A stretch of DNA of 64,000 nucleotides from Styela clava (Eukaryota). Below the pieces are notes generated by a model. The model was given only the letters and a program-made list of their open reading frames with translations, was not told the origin of the DNA and did no database searches. The DNA is taken from assembly GCF_964204865.1 (NCBI RefSeq), contig NC_135255.1, forward strand, positions 10,416,001 to 10,480,000, in the 5' to 3' direction. Below are positions 21,816 to 33,803 of the stretch, in pieces. Within the stretch, counting starts at the first letter, position 1, and each line of letters starts with the position of its first letter. A program made the position numbers and the translations under genes.

Positions 21816-23957
21816 ATGTCATGGTTCAGGAAGAACTTAAGCAGAAAAACTAAGAAATCCGTGGCTTCTAACAAAACAAAAGATCAAGGCTGCAGTGAAA
21901 ATCAGGAACAATCGGGATTCGAGATTAGCGACCAAAACCACAACAAATGGATCCGAGATGAACATTTGAAAGAACATGGTCATATCAGCGTCAAGAATGA
22001 TTCAAGTAAAAATCATTTTTGGAAAATAGATCGAACATCTTCACAAAATGAGCCGAGTTGGACATTTGCCTCGCCTTCTGCAGATGGACAACTCTATGTA
22101 ACATACAACATGGATGAGGAAGTCACAATGGAAAAGCAGGGCGAAAAGGAAATGTAAATATTCTTTGTACTGTGATAGGAAAACATTACATTATTTATTT
22201 ACATATATGAGTTTTGTAAATAAATATAAAAGTAACACTAATGACTGCATTTTCACATCTCAAAACGATCATCAGCTTTCAACACGATTTGTTTTTTTTA
22301 ATGTAGTTTATACACGGAGATACTTTACAATATAGAGCAGCGTTTCCCAACCTTTTTTGGTCGCGGACTATTTTCACACCGGCGAAAATCTTTGCGGACT
22401 CAACGTGTATTTATTGCAATCGTACTCTGTGTGAAGAAGTAATAAACCCAAACACAACGGAGTTTTAACAAATTTCAAAATTGGAAATTCGCCGCTATCA
22501 CGCGTTTGCTAAAAGAGACGACTTTTTTAGTGTATATATGGCCTTTTCTGTCGAACAATATTCAATCCATGACAACAACAGAATTTAAAATGTCTTTCAA
22601 TTTTAAGTTAATTGTGTTCATGGTCACTCGCGGTTGCGCCGATTTATGACAAGATGGAAGCATTACTTTTTTAAAATGCCACGGCAATCTGCGAACATAA
22701 TAATCTGAGAGGATATTGCCCGATTATATTTAGTTTTGATATATATTTTTTGCGATCTAGCGAATTTGGTATCGCCGTTAGAAAAATCCTACTATCTGCT
22801 ATAAATTTCCAGAAAGTACAACTTGATTTAGTACTTATTAAAAATATATTTAAAGTATATTAGTAAATCGAAAAAAAAATATTCATCGCCTTGCTTTAAT
22901 ATTAAATTAATTTTGATCATTTTAATTTGCGGTTGTGTTGGCGAAATAAAAGCAATACTACTCAGAAACGATCATGACAATTCGTGGACACAAAAATGCG
23001 CGGTAATGTGCGCGATTATATTTTGTTTCGATTCGTATTTTTGTGAATTCGACAAATCTGAGCTGTTCGTACAACACTTACGGCGCTCCAGTACTGTACG
23101 TACTAATGTGGAGGCGATAAAGCAAAGAATCCCAAGGGAAAATGCCCTGATACGTATACTACAGTAGAACCCGAAATTTGGCGATTTGCAATGTCTAAAA
23201 AAGCGTTTTTAATCGGTCGCGCACCATTATAAAACAAAACTTATGGTGTTCTCCGTTTTATTTTTAGTTTTTTGTATTGCCGCTCTCCAATTAAGAAAAC
23301 ATTTATACCTGCAGCAAAAAAAATTATTCCTCGTTGTACGAGCTCGCGAGAAACACCACTTAGGCATCTATCCAGGCGTGTGCCGACTCGTGTTTTCGCC
23401 TGAAATCTGCAAGTGAGTTGTGAAATCCAACCGTTTGATTAAGCGACGCTCAAGTGACATGTCGCGTCAAATTTTCGAATATTAAATTGCTATTCTAATA
23501 GTTGAATATTCGAATATATGCCCAGCCCTACTCAGTATCCAGTAATTATTGACTCCATTAATGTTATGTGAATAAACTTGCTTTTTATGTTTTATATAAA
23601 TTTTAACGTAAATCGTAACTTGACTGATGGGTTTCGCAAAGACGTTTGCGGCCCGCAGTGTATTTATGACTCGTTGCGGACTCATTTGAGATCGCAGACT
23701 CTGGTTGGGAAACATTGATATAGAGTCAGTTCATTGCATAGAGTTGTTTTTTGTTGTACAGCAACTTCACTATGTTATTGCAAGCTGATGGAAAATTGTT
23801 GTTTCGGGCTGAGTCCTCGCCCAACCGTTATCTTGTGCAAAATCGAGAAGGTCAATTAGAGATGAAAACAACCGACAATCCAACTGATGAAATGGAATGG
23901 ATGATCAGCTATATCGAACCGTCATTGGAAAAACCGAGGCAAGAAGTTTGGCTATAA
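21816..23957 (+). CDS. Family A copy 3: intact 2-exon, 177-aa leaderless predicted beta-trefoil protein (IL-1/FGF/fascin-type fold candidate)
   Basis: Exon 1 21816-22153 (AT|GTAAAT) and exon 2 23762-23957 (TACAG|C) join in frame to give 534 nt. The same intron position is seen in copy 1. No signal peptide. Confidence 0.7.
22338..23717. mobile_element. hAT (Buster/Charlie-type) non-autonomous element in the family A intron
   Basis: TIRs CAGCGTTTCCCAACC / GGTTGGGAAACATTG; perfect 8-bp TSD ATATAGAG (22330-22337, 23718-23725); absent from the 198-bp intron of copy 1. Confidence 0.92.
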
Positions 23958-24187
23958 CTCACGCTGGGCCATATTTACTTCAAACAATGGCGCCTTCTTA
24001 TTTTAATTCATTTTTTAATTTTCCAAACGATATATATATACCATTGATCCCAACCTATAGAACGTCCAAACTTACTCACAGCGGTGTGGCGACTATTGGA
24101 AATTTTTGGTTCATAAACATAGTTTACGATTCATATGAACAGAGTCTTTGATACTGATCAATCAAATCATATGTTTTTCTTTTTCAG

Positions 24188-24704
24188 TTTGGCGTCATCG
24201 TATAGCGCACAAATAAGACATGGTACCGAATCCAAAAAATGGTTATCTTCTGGTCCTGCCAATAACTATCATGTCCAACAAGTACAAACTAGTGCGACAC
24301 AGAATTGGACTATCACACCCAGTACCGGCCACATTTTTCAATTTTCGTCCGGCAGGTGTCACATCACTAAAGATCTAATTTTTGGAGATTCCAGCAATGC
24401 GGCGTAAGATATTTATAATTGTTGTGGTTAGTAACTATATTATATATAATAGCAAACGAAATAACCAGTATTTTTGTGTCGAAACAGAAAATTCGAATCT
24501 ACCAAATCGGGATCAGGAGTTACACTCCAATGCACCGACAACAGAAAATACATTCATGGTCCAGAAGATGACGGGGATTTGGAATTGAATACAGCGAAAT
24601 CTAAAGCTACCGTTTGGGAGATGCCTATTAAAAACGCTATATTTATTGTTTGTAAAAACATCCTTCTTTCCGAAACACCCATCCAATTACCCATGGATGT
24701 CTGA
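24188..24704 (+). CDS. Family B copy 3 (two exons, no first exon of its own found)
   Basis: Acceptor TTTTCAG at 24187; exon 24188-24403 (216 nt); GC|GTAAG donor; acceptor 24487; exon 24488-24704 in frame (KFESTKSGSGVTLQCTDNRKYIHGPEDDGDLELNTAKSKATVWEMP). Confidence 0.6.
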
Positions 24705-27459
24705 AGTTGGTTTTATGGCCCACCGACAAAAAATGTTGCCCACCTCTGTTCTATTTCATTATATGGAGTAATATTCGCGTATATATTGTATATTTCTACG
24801 AAATAATTGATTGGTGGTTACAGAGAAAGTTAGATATATATATTTGTATTTTTCGTCAATAGGAGTCGTCTATTTGGTCATTTTAGTGTGCTATTCAAGA
24901 CCGTGGTTTTGTGAAAATGAGTTGTCAATTAGTGACCATGAATATTGTGACCTTGTCATATCCAATAAATACAACCAAATGCTGCATGTGCTGAGTATAT
25001 TTACGTTGCAAAATTAAATAGTTTTTGAGCATTTGGCTTGAAGAATCGATAAACGTTGTTTTTATTCAGTTCCAGAATTAGGGAGGAATAAATAATTTTT
25101 GCCAAAATTATGGAATACAATAATTTTACTTACTACTGAAAAGTGGCATCCACGTGAGGTACTTAATACAAACTCGTGCCAAAACCGTTTAGCTTCAAAA
25201 TCAACTCATCATTACTTTTTGCAATATGATTGCGATATATTATATGTGGTATATCTCTACAACAGAATAAAAACTGAATTGCAACAATCAGAAGTATTAT
25301 GTATTAAAAGGTTATAAATATTCTACAAACTTGAATGTAACAGCATCAGTCTATTCAGCGTTAGGTAACGACGACAAAACGCGTCGGATTGTTGTTGCTT
25401 TCTTCGGAGCACGAACGAGCAGTCAATGAGCAATTTGCTTCTTATATGGAGAGAAACTTTTAGAGTTTGACGAACCAGCAGTAGTAGATTAGTAAGTATT
25501 TGACGTTTAAGAATAAATCAAAAAACAAATATGAATAAATATCAATGATCAGCTTCGTTATAGAACATGATATTTGATCAGCATTATTTTTGCGAGCTTG
25601 GATTGAAATCTTGAGCCAATTTGTAAATTAAACTGAAATAAAATATGCTTGCACTTTTTAAATGTTATATATATGTATATATACAGAATGTTGTTGTCAC
25701 AACAAATATCGAACTGCTGCGCTGAAAAGTTCTACCTTTGTTAATTCCGTTTACGCATGGCTAAAGGTATCTAGATGATTTACAACACTTGCCACATTAT
25801 TACATTAAATAATCAAAGGTACTTCCCGTGATGTTGCGGTATAATTCTACGCATTCCAATTTTGTTCATGGAGTGAATATGATGAATTGAATCGTTTTGA
25901 TAGATTATAACTGTTGTAAAAAATTTCTTATCACCACAACCCTTGTGCTAATCTAATTGATTTCAAATTTGCAATGCTTAAAGATGGAAGCAGTCGCTAT
26001 TACGATATCTTATTTTTCCTTTGAATCTTACGTGGCCTGATATCTACCCCAAATATTTCAGGCGAACAATTTACATAAATTATGGAAACATTTTTACATA
26101 ATGTTTGACTGTCGTGTCCATATTATCCAACATCGCTTCCTCGTGTCACAAATGGTTGAATCCCGAGTCTTTGGTAAACAAGCTACTTGCACCAAGCGAT
26201 TGCTGAACACGACTAGGAACTCCTGGGACACTAGGAAAAAGTAGTTAAAACAGCAATATTTTGGATTGTCGAAGGTTAATTCAGGATATAAATTTAGGGA
26301 TTAAATTCACATATATATTTCCTAACATACGCCCGTAATTTCTCTAACCGTGTCGTGTCCTATGCATTGTTGGAAACAATAAGATTTTATTATCCGTAAT
26401 TTCTAATCAATTATTTTCTGTCTGAAGTATTAAATTTAAAACAACCTTGTCGCGCTTTGAGTGGATTAGCAAAAAATTAGCTAGAATAAACGTTGACGTT
26501 TTGCCTTAATTCTGCATGTTTGAAAAACGCAAACGACCGATGAAATAGAATGGATGATCAGGTATACGTTATACGTTATAAATTCTTTACGTAACAGAAT
26601 TTAGTGTTAGACACGTGTAGTAGACTAAATTATACTATAACCTAACAAGTATATACTTCACAATTACTCGTTTAATGATAATTAGACAAATGGCAACAAA
26701 ACGCAGCAAAGTTGAAAGTGCAAAGGGTTCAATGGCGCTGAAAATATTCAAATGGAATATTTTGAGATGCAACGCAATGAGGAAATAAATCTACATTCTA
26801 TTCGAGAGATGTATCACTGCTCAAGTTATATCATAAAAAATATCATCCGTTCGGTTTTCAACTTTCTAAAAATATGTGCGCCCCGCCAATGACTTGCAAC
26901 CTATAATTTGGCCCGCGCGCGACAAAAGGTTGACGACCCCTGAAGTAAATGATTAGTAATACTACGTTGAGGAATGATTAATTCGGATTATTCACTGATG
27001 TTTGTATTTTGGCGTACAGACGCGTGATAAAGAAAACACAAACCCTTCTCTAAAATCGTTTATTGGCCCGCCTGGTATATTTTTAATTTGCCAAACCATG
27101 GAACACGCAATACATGCATGAATATATAAATAATAAAAAAACAGATGCTTTGGTATAAGACTGGGAGATAATATTATTTGTATATTTAAATTGGATTCCA
27201 GATGGATCGCTTAGTTTGGCTGTAAAGTACGCACCACATCCAAACGGTAGCACTGTTGGTACTATTAAGACTGCTGTGGCTGTCAATTTGTGAAAAACTC
27301 CTATTTATTCGAATTCCTTCCGGTGACTTTAAATTTATAATCACTTGATTGACACAGTTCTACACAAACTCACCTTAACAATTCAAATGAAGATATTTGC
27401 AGCAGATCTGGAATAGATGTTCGCGAGAACATGATGGCCCAACAATTCATTTTGTTAGT

Positions 27460-27737
27460 AGAACCATATGGCTTACCGCCGCTCACGTCCGGTTACCAGT
27501 CATTGTCGCATATGGGATTAGTCAGTTACTTGCTGCAGATGCATGGACTTCATGCCGGAGAAAGCCGTAACCGACCGGCGGTTACGTGAAATACCCTTCC
27601 ACGGTGCGGAGTCCAGCAATCTTCTAGCACATTATTATCTCTCACTGGATTCGAACCCGCACTGACGCAGGATAATCAAAGGTGAGATGGTAAGCGTATT
27701 CCTAATTCTCAGCACAATGGGCCATCCTCCGCGCCCA
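27460..27737 (-). mobile_element. tRNA-derived SINE copy
   Basis: GGTTCGAATCC B-box on the minus strand and core homology to 20415-20745. Confidence 0.7.
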
Positions 27738-29348
27738 GTTCGAAAGCCAATTAACTTAGATATATCGAAATCACATCCAATTCACTCGTTTGGTCCTATT
27801 AAAAATTTATTAGATCTTCCCGATCCTCCAGGCAGTATTCGTGATAATAAATTATTCAGTCAGGTTATTTCCTAAAGTATGAAATCAAAAACTATTTATA
27901 GAAGAAATGCCCAACCTTCACGACAGACTGGGCTTCAGCGTGGAAACTACCAGAATCTGTTGCCGGAACTCGAATCGCTGCCAATGTGATTCTTGTATTT
28001 GCCAGTTGCCGGGATGCAAAATCCCCACAAATTTACGCTACATATATAAATATGATTGCTTAATGGATACTCTGACTATTGGTCACACAAACAAACAAAA
28101 ATGCACGGTAGAGCATCAAGTTATTTCACAGAAACTAAATCTTCAGACAATATGCAAGAATTCGTTAAACCCATTAGTGAAAATATTGTAATGATCACTA
28201 TCACCAAGAAATATATTCTCAGAATATTTGCTAGGTCTACTTTTACTTCTAAATGCATCATGAATGCCAACCGATTTATTTAATTTAATGATGTTTTCAT
28301 GAAGACAAGTACGGCTTTGCACGATTCTCGTGGTCACATCCAAATAATTCCTAGCAAGATAAAGCAGAGAATATTTAAATATGTTAACCACACAATAAAT
28401 CCCTGGGAGAACGTAGAAAATGGCTTGTTTGCGAGCAAGACCCAGCCATTGGTGTCGTGCTTTATTTAGTCTCATCTTTGAACCAAATACTAAACATAAC
28501 TCCACAATCATACTTGCTGATGAACAAAAGATGATTACACTTGAGTCTCATCACCACCTTTTTCAGTGTTCTTTTCTCTTGCAATTATTTCTCTATATTC
28601 TCTTATTGTGATCTTTTGTGGAATAATTTCTAAAAATGATAAAATTGGAAATATGATTTAAATTGCAGATTTTCCTCACGAAAAAAATACTCGGCAGTGG
28701 CACAGCTTAAAGATACAACTGTCTATCTATTATTAAACATGGTGCAATTCAGTATAAGTAAAAAATCATCATTAAATTAAATTGAAATGCAGTCAGCTAG
28801 GTGTTAGAAGTTTGAACATTCAAAATTTGCAACATTCAAAAACACTTGAGTTTATTTCACATGAAAAATGATCCCAAGATGTAGAATGTAGTGACAGAAA
28901 ATAGTTTTATAAATCTGATGAAATATTTACTAGTAATAATTTCAGCATATTTCCAGCTTTCTCAGGTGTGGGTTTGAAATTTCACTGCGATATTAGAATT
29001 TCAAAACATGCTGTTTGAATAAGATAATGTAAATTTAATTTTGAGATTAGAGAATATACTATATGCTAACTGGTGCCCTAGAAAAAGTAAGCAACCACTT
29101 TATACAAATATATGCGTTACCAACATACTGTTCTGTTTGAAAACGTATTACTTAGTTTGTAAAACTCTAAAAGTTAATATGAATATTTAAAAACCTTGAA
29201 GGAAGCCCAGAATGTCATCATCATCACTGTTAACAATATTAGCAAGGTGACTGTATTCTAAAGTTTTCCTATTATCTTCTTTATAATAAGCCTGCGCAGT
29301 CAAGTATGTGACAAAGAGTTCCTGGAAAAGGGAATGAATAAATATTAG

Positions 29349-29504
29349 AATCAGAGTCATACTTTTAAAGGAGTAACTTAAAATCTAAGATATCTACTAT
29401 TAGATTGTATAACATAACATGATGGAAGAAATCAGAGTCATACTTTTAAAGGAGTAACTTAAAATCTAAGATATCTACTATTAGATTGTATAACATAACA
29501 TGAT
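29349..29504. repeat. Perfect ~75-bp direct duplication (period 81)
   Basis: AATCAGAGTCATACTTTTAAAGGAGTAACTTAAAATCTAAGATATCTACTATTAGATTGTATAACATAACATGATG occurs twice. Confidence 0.9.
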
Positions 29505-31354
29505 GAAAGACCAGCAGGTAAAAGAGTTTTCAGGCAAGTCTCACTGTTTAGTGCAGCAAATAGAAAGTAAAGTTTACAAAAAATAAATGAGCTGAAGTTT
29601 GGAGACTCATAGATACATTGCGAATCGCAAAACTTTTGCAGGTAAAATATTGATATGCCAGAGCTGGGAAGCGGAAACAAATTCAGATTTTTTAATAGCT
29701 CGAACAAAGCTAGGAGTCAAAAAAACTTAATAATATTTTACAATATTTCATAGAAATTGGCATATATGCAATACACAAATCATCAGCATAAAATACCATA
29801 TATGAATCATTGTGAAGTCATAATTGATAGAATGAACCCTCTCTCAACCAATACCAGGAAGTTCAAACCTGTTTGAACTGTTGCATCAAATACAGCAATT
29901 ATGACCATACACTTAAATGGCATCATTGTTTTATAGCAGATTGCCCCACTGATATCTTAATAAGCAATGGCAGAACAGTACAAGGTGTTGTGTAACAATA
30001 TATGATCATCCTTAAACTAAAATGAAAAGAATTAGCAAAATATATAAAAAATTATTAGAACGTTCATAATCTTATTATCTTGACATTAAATTATACCTTC
30101 AGTTTGTCAATACAACATTGGACATTCAAATGTACCCCAATACGATAGGAATTGTAACTAGGCATATGACAGCCAAATTTTAACATCTCAGGAATACCGT
30201 ACGGCACACAGTTGTACTAAAATGTTGTATCAGTTATTAAAACTATAAAAAATAGAAACTAACTTACAGCAGCTTTAGACATACAAAATGCAGCATCAAT
30301 GCCAATGTTTTCAACATCAGGTGAACTTTTCATTATTGTTTTGATTTTACTCAATGGTAGACGAACTAAGTCTTTGCTGGGTGATGTCATAGACATTATG
30401 TTTTTATCAGACTATAGAATACATGAATATTAAAATAAATTTTGATTACAATATATAAATATTTGATGCAAAATTCAACAAAAATATTTTGGCATAAGGT
30501 ACAATGTACAAATAATAAGTCATCATTATTGATTACAAACACATCCAATTGTGAGATTTCATTTACAAACAACGAAACAAGTATGTTCTATATTAATAAT
30601 GAATTGTCACAAGGTTATTAAACACAGTTATTAGATATTTGCACCCAGAAATATATAAAGGAATTTCAAAAAATTATGTTGGGTAAAATTGTAAGCCCAT
30701 ATGGCTGTTGTGCAATTTGAAAGAATTGGCAGCAAGTGATATAAATAAATATACTTCAGATAAGGCTTTCAAAATCTGGATTATCATAAGTATCATGCAA
30801 AATTCTTAGTCATATTTTAATAAAAACGTCAGTCAAAGTAATAATTTTCCTGTGGTTGGAAATTTGGAATATTAGATTCATAATGGTATAAAGTCAAATC
30901 AATTGAAGAGTTCTTAATTAACGTCTATAAAATAGGTCAGGAATACATCAAAGTCTACACTCTACATTATCAAAATTTGGTTTCAACAGTTGATCAGAGT
31001 TGATTGAGTAGAACTCAATCTGGAAGACAATGTAAAAAAATGTTTCCACTTTGATTCAAAATCAACTGTTTTTTCAACTCTGAGACAGGAATCGATTGCA
31101 CATCTCCTATGACTCCAGAGCCTTTATGTGAACGATTTGTGTATTGTAATAATTGATGCAAAACTTTACAGAAATGCAAGTTAATGTATCACACATAAAT
31201 ATAATATAGAAGCTAAATTTTGGCAGCAGTATGCATAAAAAGTCTATTGCAATTAACTTGATAATGATAACATTGCAAGTGAAATACACATGTGAATAGT
31301 GAGCTAGTTGAAAATTACCTAATACAGTGATTAATAATGAAACCTGATTTTACA

Positions 31355-32155
31355 TTATTTACAAAAATAGTCATTGCATTCTTCATATGACTGCAAACCA
31401 CCAACATCAAATCTACCAGATATCTGGTAACTGTGGATATTACAGTTTGCGATGAGGTATTTAATAAGATGGCCAGTTGCATCTTTCTCCTTCAATGGTG
31501 AATGTTTTCTCTCATCGAGAAACTGCTTAATGAAAGAACTACAATCAGAGGAAAGAAGATAGAAACATGGGCAAGCAAGTCTTGATTTTGTTTCACAAGG
31601 CTGTGGTTTCTCAATCAAACTTTTGACTTTTCCATTTTGGTCAACTTCCAAGATGCCATATTTTGTCGTTTCATCTTCTTTGCATGTGTATGTTGTAACC
31701 AAACCACAATTTTTGGTATTAGATTTTAAATCGTTAAATTTCGATACAAATTTCTTCATATCAAAATCATTATAAAATAAAGTATCACCACCAATGATTA
31801 ATACATCATCATTCTCCAATTTAAATTCTTCAATAGCAAAGTTGATACTTGCAACGGCTCCCAACCTATCTTCATTACACGTTGTACCATCATTTAATAC
31901 AGACAAGCAAGAATCATATTCCTTAACAAGTTTTTGAAATTGTGAATAAAAACGAGAATTTGTAGTCATATAAAAATGTTCAAATTCACCATTTTCTGCT
32001 AAAGAATCCATCCAATGAGCAATAAGTGGTCTGCCTCCGATAGGAAGCATAGCTTTAGCCACTCCAAGAAGATCTTTATGTTCCTTGCTGTTCAGTAAAT
32101 CCCTTTCCAATCTAGTTCCATATCCAGCACATAAGAATATAACTTTAATTCCCAT
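31355..32155 (-). CDS. Sugar-1-phosphate nucleotidyltransferase (NTP_transferase family; resembles the pyrophosphorylase domain of glucuronokinase-fusion proteins), 266 aa, single-exon CDS
   Basis: AGYGTRL...K.MLPIGGRPLI.HW nucleotide-binding signature, GGDTLF, YGILEVD, IEKP, RFDVG. The real ATG is at 32155 (the ORF-track start is a TTG). Confidence 0.88.
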   Translation of the reverse strand: MGIKVIFLCAGYGTRLERDLLNSKEHKDLLGVAKAMLPIGGRPLIAHWMDSLAENGEFEHFYMTTNSRFYSQFQKLVKEYDSCLSVLNDGTTCNEDRLGAVASINFAIEEFKLENDDVLIIGGDTLFYNDFDMKKFVSKFNDLKSNTKNCGLVTTYTCKEDETTKYGILEVDQNGKVKSLIEKPQPCETKSRLACPCFYLLSSDCSSFIKQFLDERKHSPLKEKDATGHLIKYLIANCNIHSYQISGRFDVGGLQSYEECNDYFCK

Positions 32156-32941
32156 GCTCAATGTTTAGTTATATAATTTTTCAATCTAGAACGAAAGTGC
32201 AATAATTTGAAATGACAACAGAGTAAATAATGTTAAACAATAATATATCATATATCACAATTATGAAGATTCAATTTTACATGAAATATTGTAAAACACA
32301 TAACAAATTTGTGACTTGATCTTAAGACATTGCAAATAAGTAAACATCAAGCCAGAAATCCCCTTTTACAATATGGTCCTTCTTATTCTGAATTGTTAGT
32401 TGGATGATGCAGCCATCATGCAGCCTCAAGTGGCATAAATCAGGATCTTATGGTCAATTATCAATAATATTAAATTACTGAAATTCTGAGTAACACATTC
32501 GTTTTGGAAAAGAGGACTTTAGGTCCCTGAGTTCTTTGGGCATTCTCATTTTTAATGTAATGGTGTACAACCTTTATACACCACCAATTCGTGAACACTA
32601 GATATATGACAGGCTTAACTGAAGCCAGAGAGAAAAGTTTCAAGCTTACAGACTGAATTACCTACATTAGCATCATTACAAATGAACTCAATAGCCCAAG
32701 TTAACACTTGTCTGGGTTCTCATTTCTTCTCTAATAATATTGTGTAACTAATTTAAAACAATGCTAGTCTTGATGCAGGCACAAATTCATTTATAAAGTG
32801 AAAAACAATAGCAAATGCTTCACTACCAATAATTTGAATAAAAAAAATATATTCTTGGTTTTTTACACTTGGGTGCTAATTATATAGCATATGTTTCATT
32901 TCACCATAGAAATAGGGTTTATAGTATCTTAACACAATATA

Positions 32942-33330
32942 CCGTATTTGCTCGTTTAATAGCCCGGGCGCTTTTTTTTAAACATACTCACTAACCGGGC
33001 CTTCATTCAAACCGGCCCTTATTCAAGCAGGGGCGCTTGTTATTTTTAAAGTAAAATTACACACAAAAATACCGGTAGATAAGATCGATCGTTACAATAA
33101 TTAATACCGTATATTGTCATTTCCAGTTCTCAAGTATGATTTAAACGAGAATAATGAAAATTTTGACTTTTTCTACGCACCGCAGGTACAAATCCGCAAA
33201 AAAAAAAAAAACTTTTACACCGGGCGGGTATTCAAGCACCGGCCCTTATTTATTTTCATGTCCTGTTCTCACGGGCGCCTATTCAAACGGGCCCTTAATC
33301 AAGACCGGGCGTTAAAACGAGCATTTACAG
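32942..33330. mobile_element. Tc1/pogo-type MITE
   Basis: CCGTATTTGCTCGTTTAATAGCCCGG ... CCGGGCGTTAAAACGAGCATTTACAG flanked by TA on both sides; internal CCGGGC repeats. Confidence 0.8.
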
Positions 33331-33502
33331 TAATTACCTACTTTAAATATGGGAGAGAAATATATATCAAGTTTTTATACATGATATAAGAAATACTTTC
33401 AAATCTCCACCATTTTTGAGTTCAAAAAAGAGACTGAATTACTTGGTAATTTGATAGAAAAAGTTGACTCTCCTAAAACAAAGATGAAATAGGAAATAGG
33501 AT

Positions 33503-33803
33503 CAAGGCTTTTCAAACTGGGGATCCAAACCCCCCGTTGGGTCGTAAAGTGGCTCAATTAGGGTCGATGTAAAATCTTTTCGACAATAAACAAAACTACA
33601 CTAAAACAAAATATCGATCAAATTTGGACCTAGTACCGGGACCCACCATCACCGAAATGGAGCTGAGATTCGATCTATTGTGCGACAATATACAAGCCCA
33701 TCTGTGTTTTTTTTTTAATTTTCTGTTTTATTTTAGTTCTTGCGGGTCACCAAAAATTTGGCCGTGTCAAGTGGGTAGTGATGAAAAAAGTTTGAAAATC
33801 ACT
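33503..33803. mobile_element. Degenerate hAT-type MITE
   Basis: CAAGGCTTTTCAAACT ... AGTTTGAAAATCACTA ends; CpG-containing island inside CpG-poor DNA. Confidence 0.45.

Noticed and set aside
22114-22335. Overlapping second-frame ORF conserved with 143-349, suggesting a programmed frameshift
   Set aside because: The sequence lies in the family A intron (GT donor at 22154 / 288); splicing explains the continuation, and the similarity reflects recent duplication.
27083-27286. Similarity between ORF 27083-27286(-) and ORF 1057-1269(+) (FK.TNN.I)
   Set aside because: A short AT-rich match; the 1057 ORF is antisense to a family B pseudogene and intron, so it is not a credible protein family.
31355-32155. 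Recent horizontal transfer or bacterial contamination
   Set aside because: Base composition and CpG depletion match the flanking host gene-body DNA, an upstream splice acceptor is present, and similar proteins occur in other animals.
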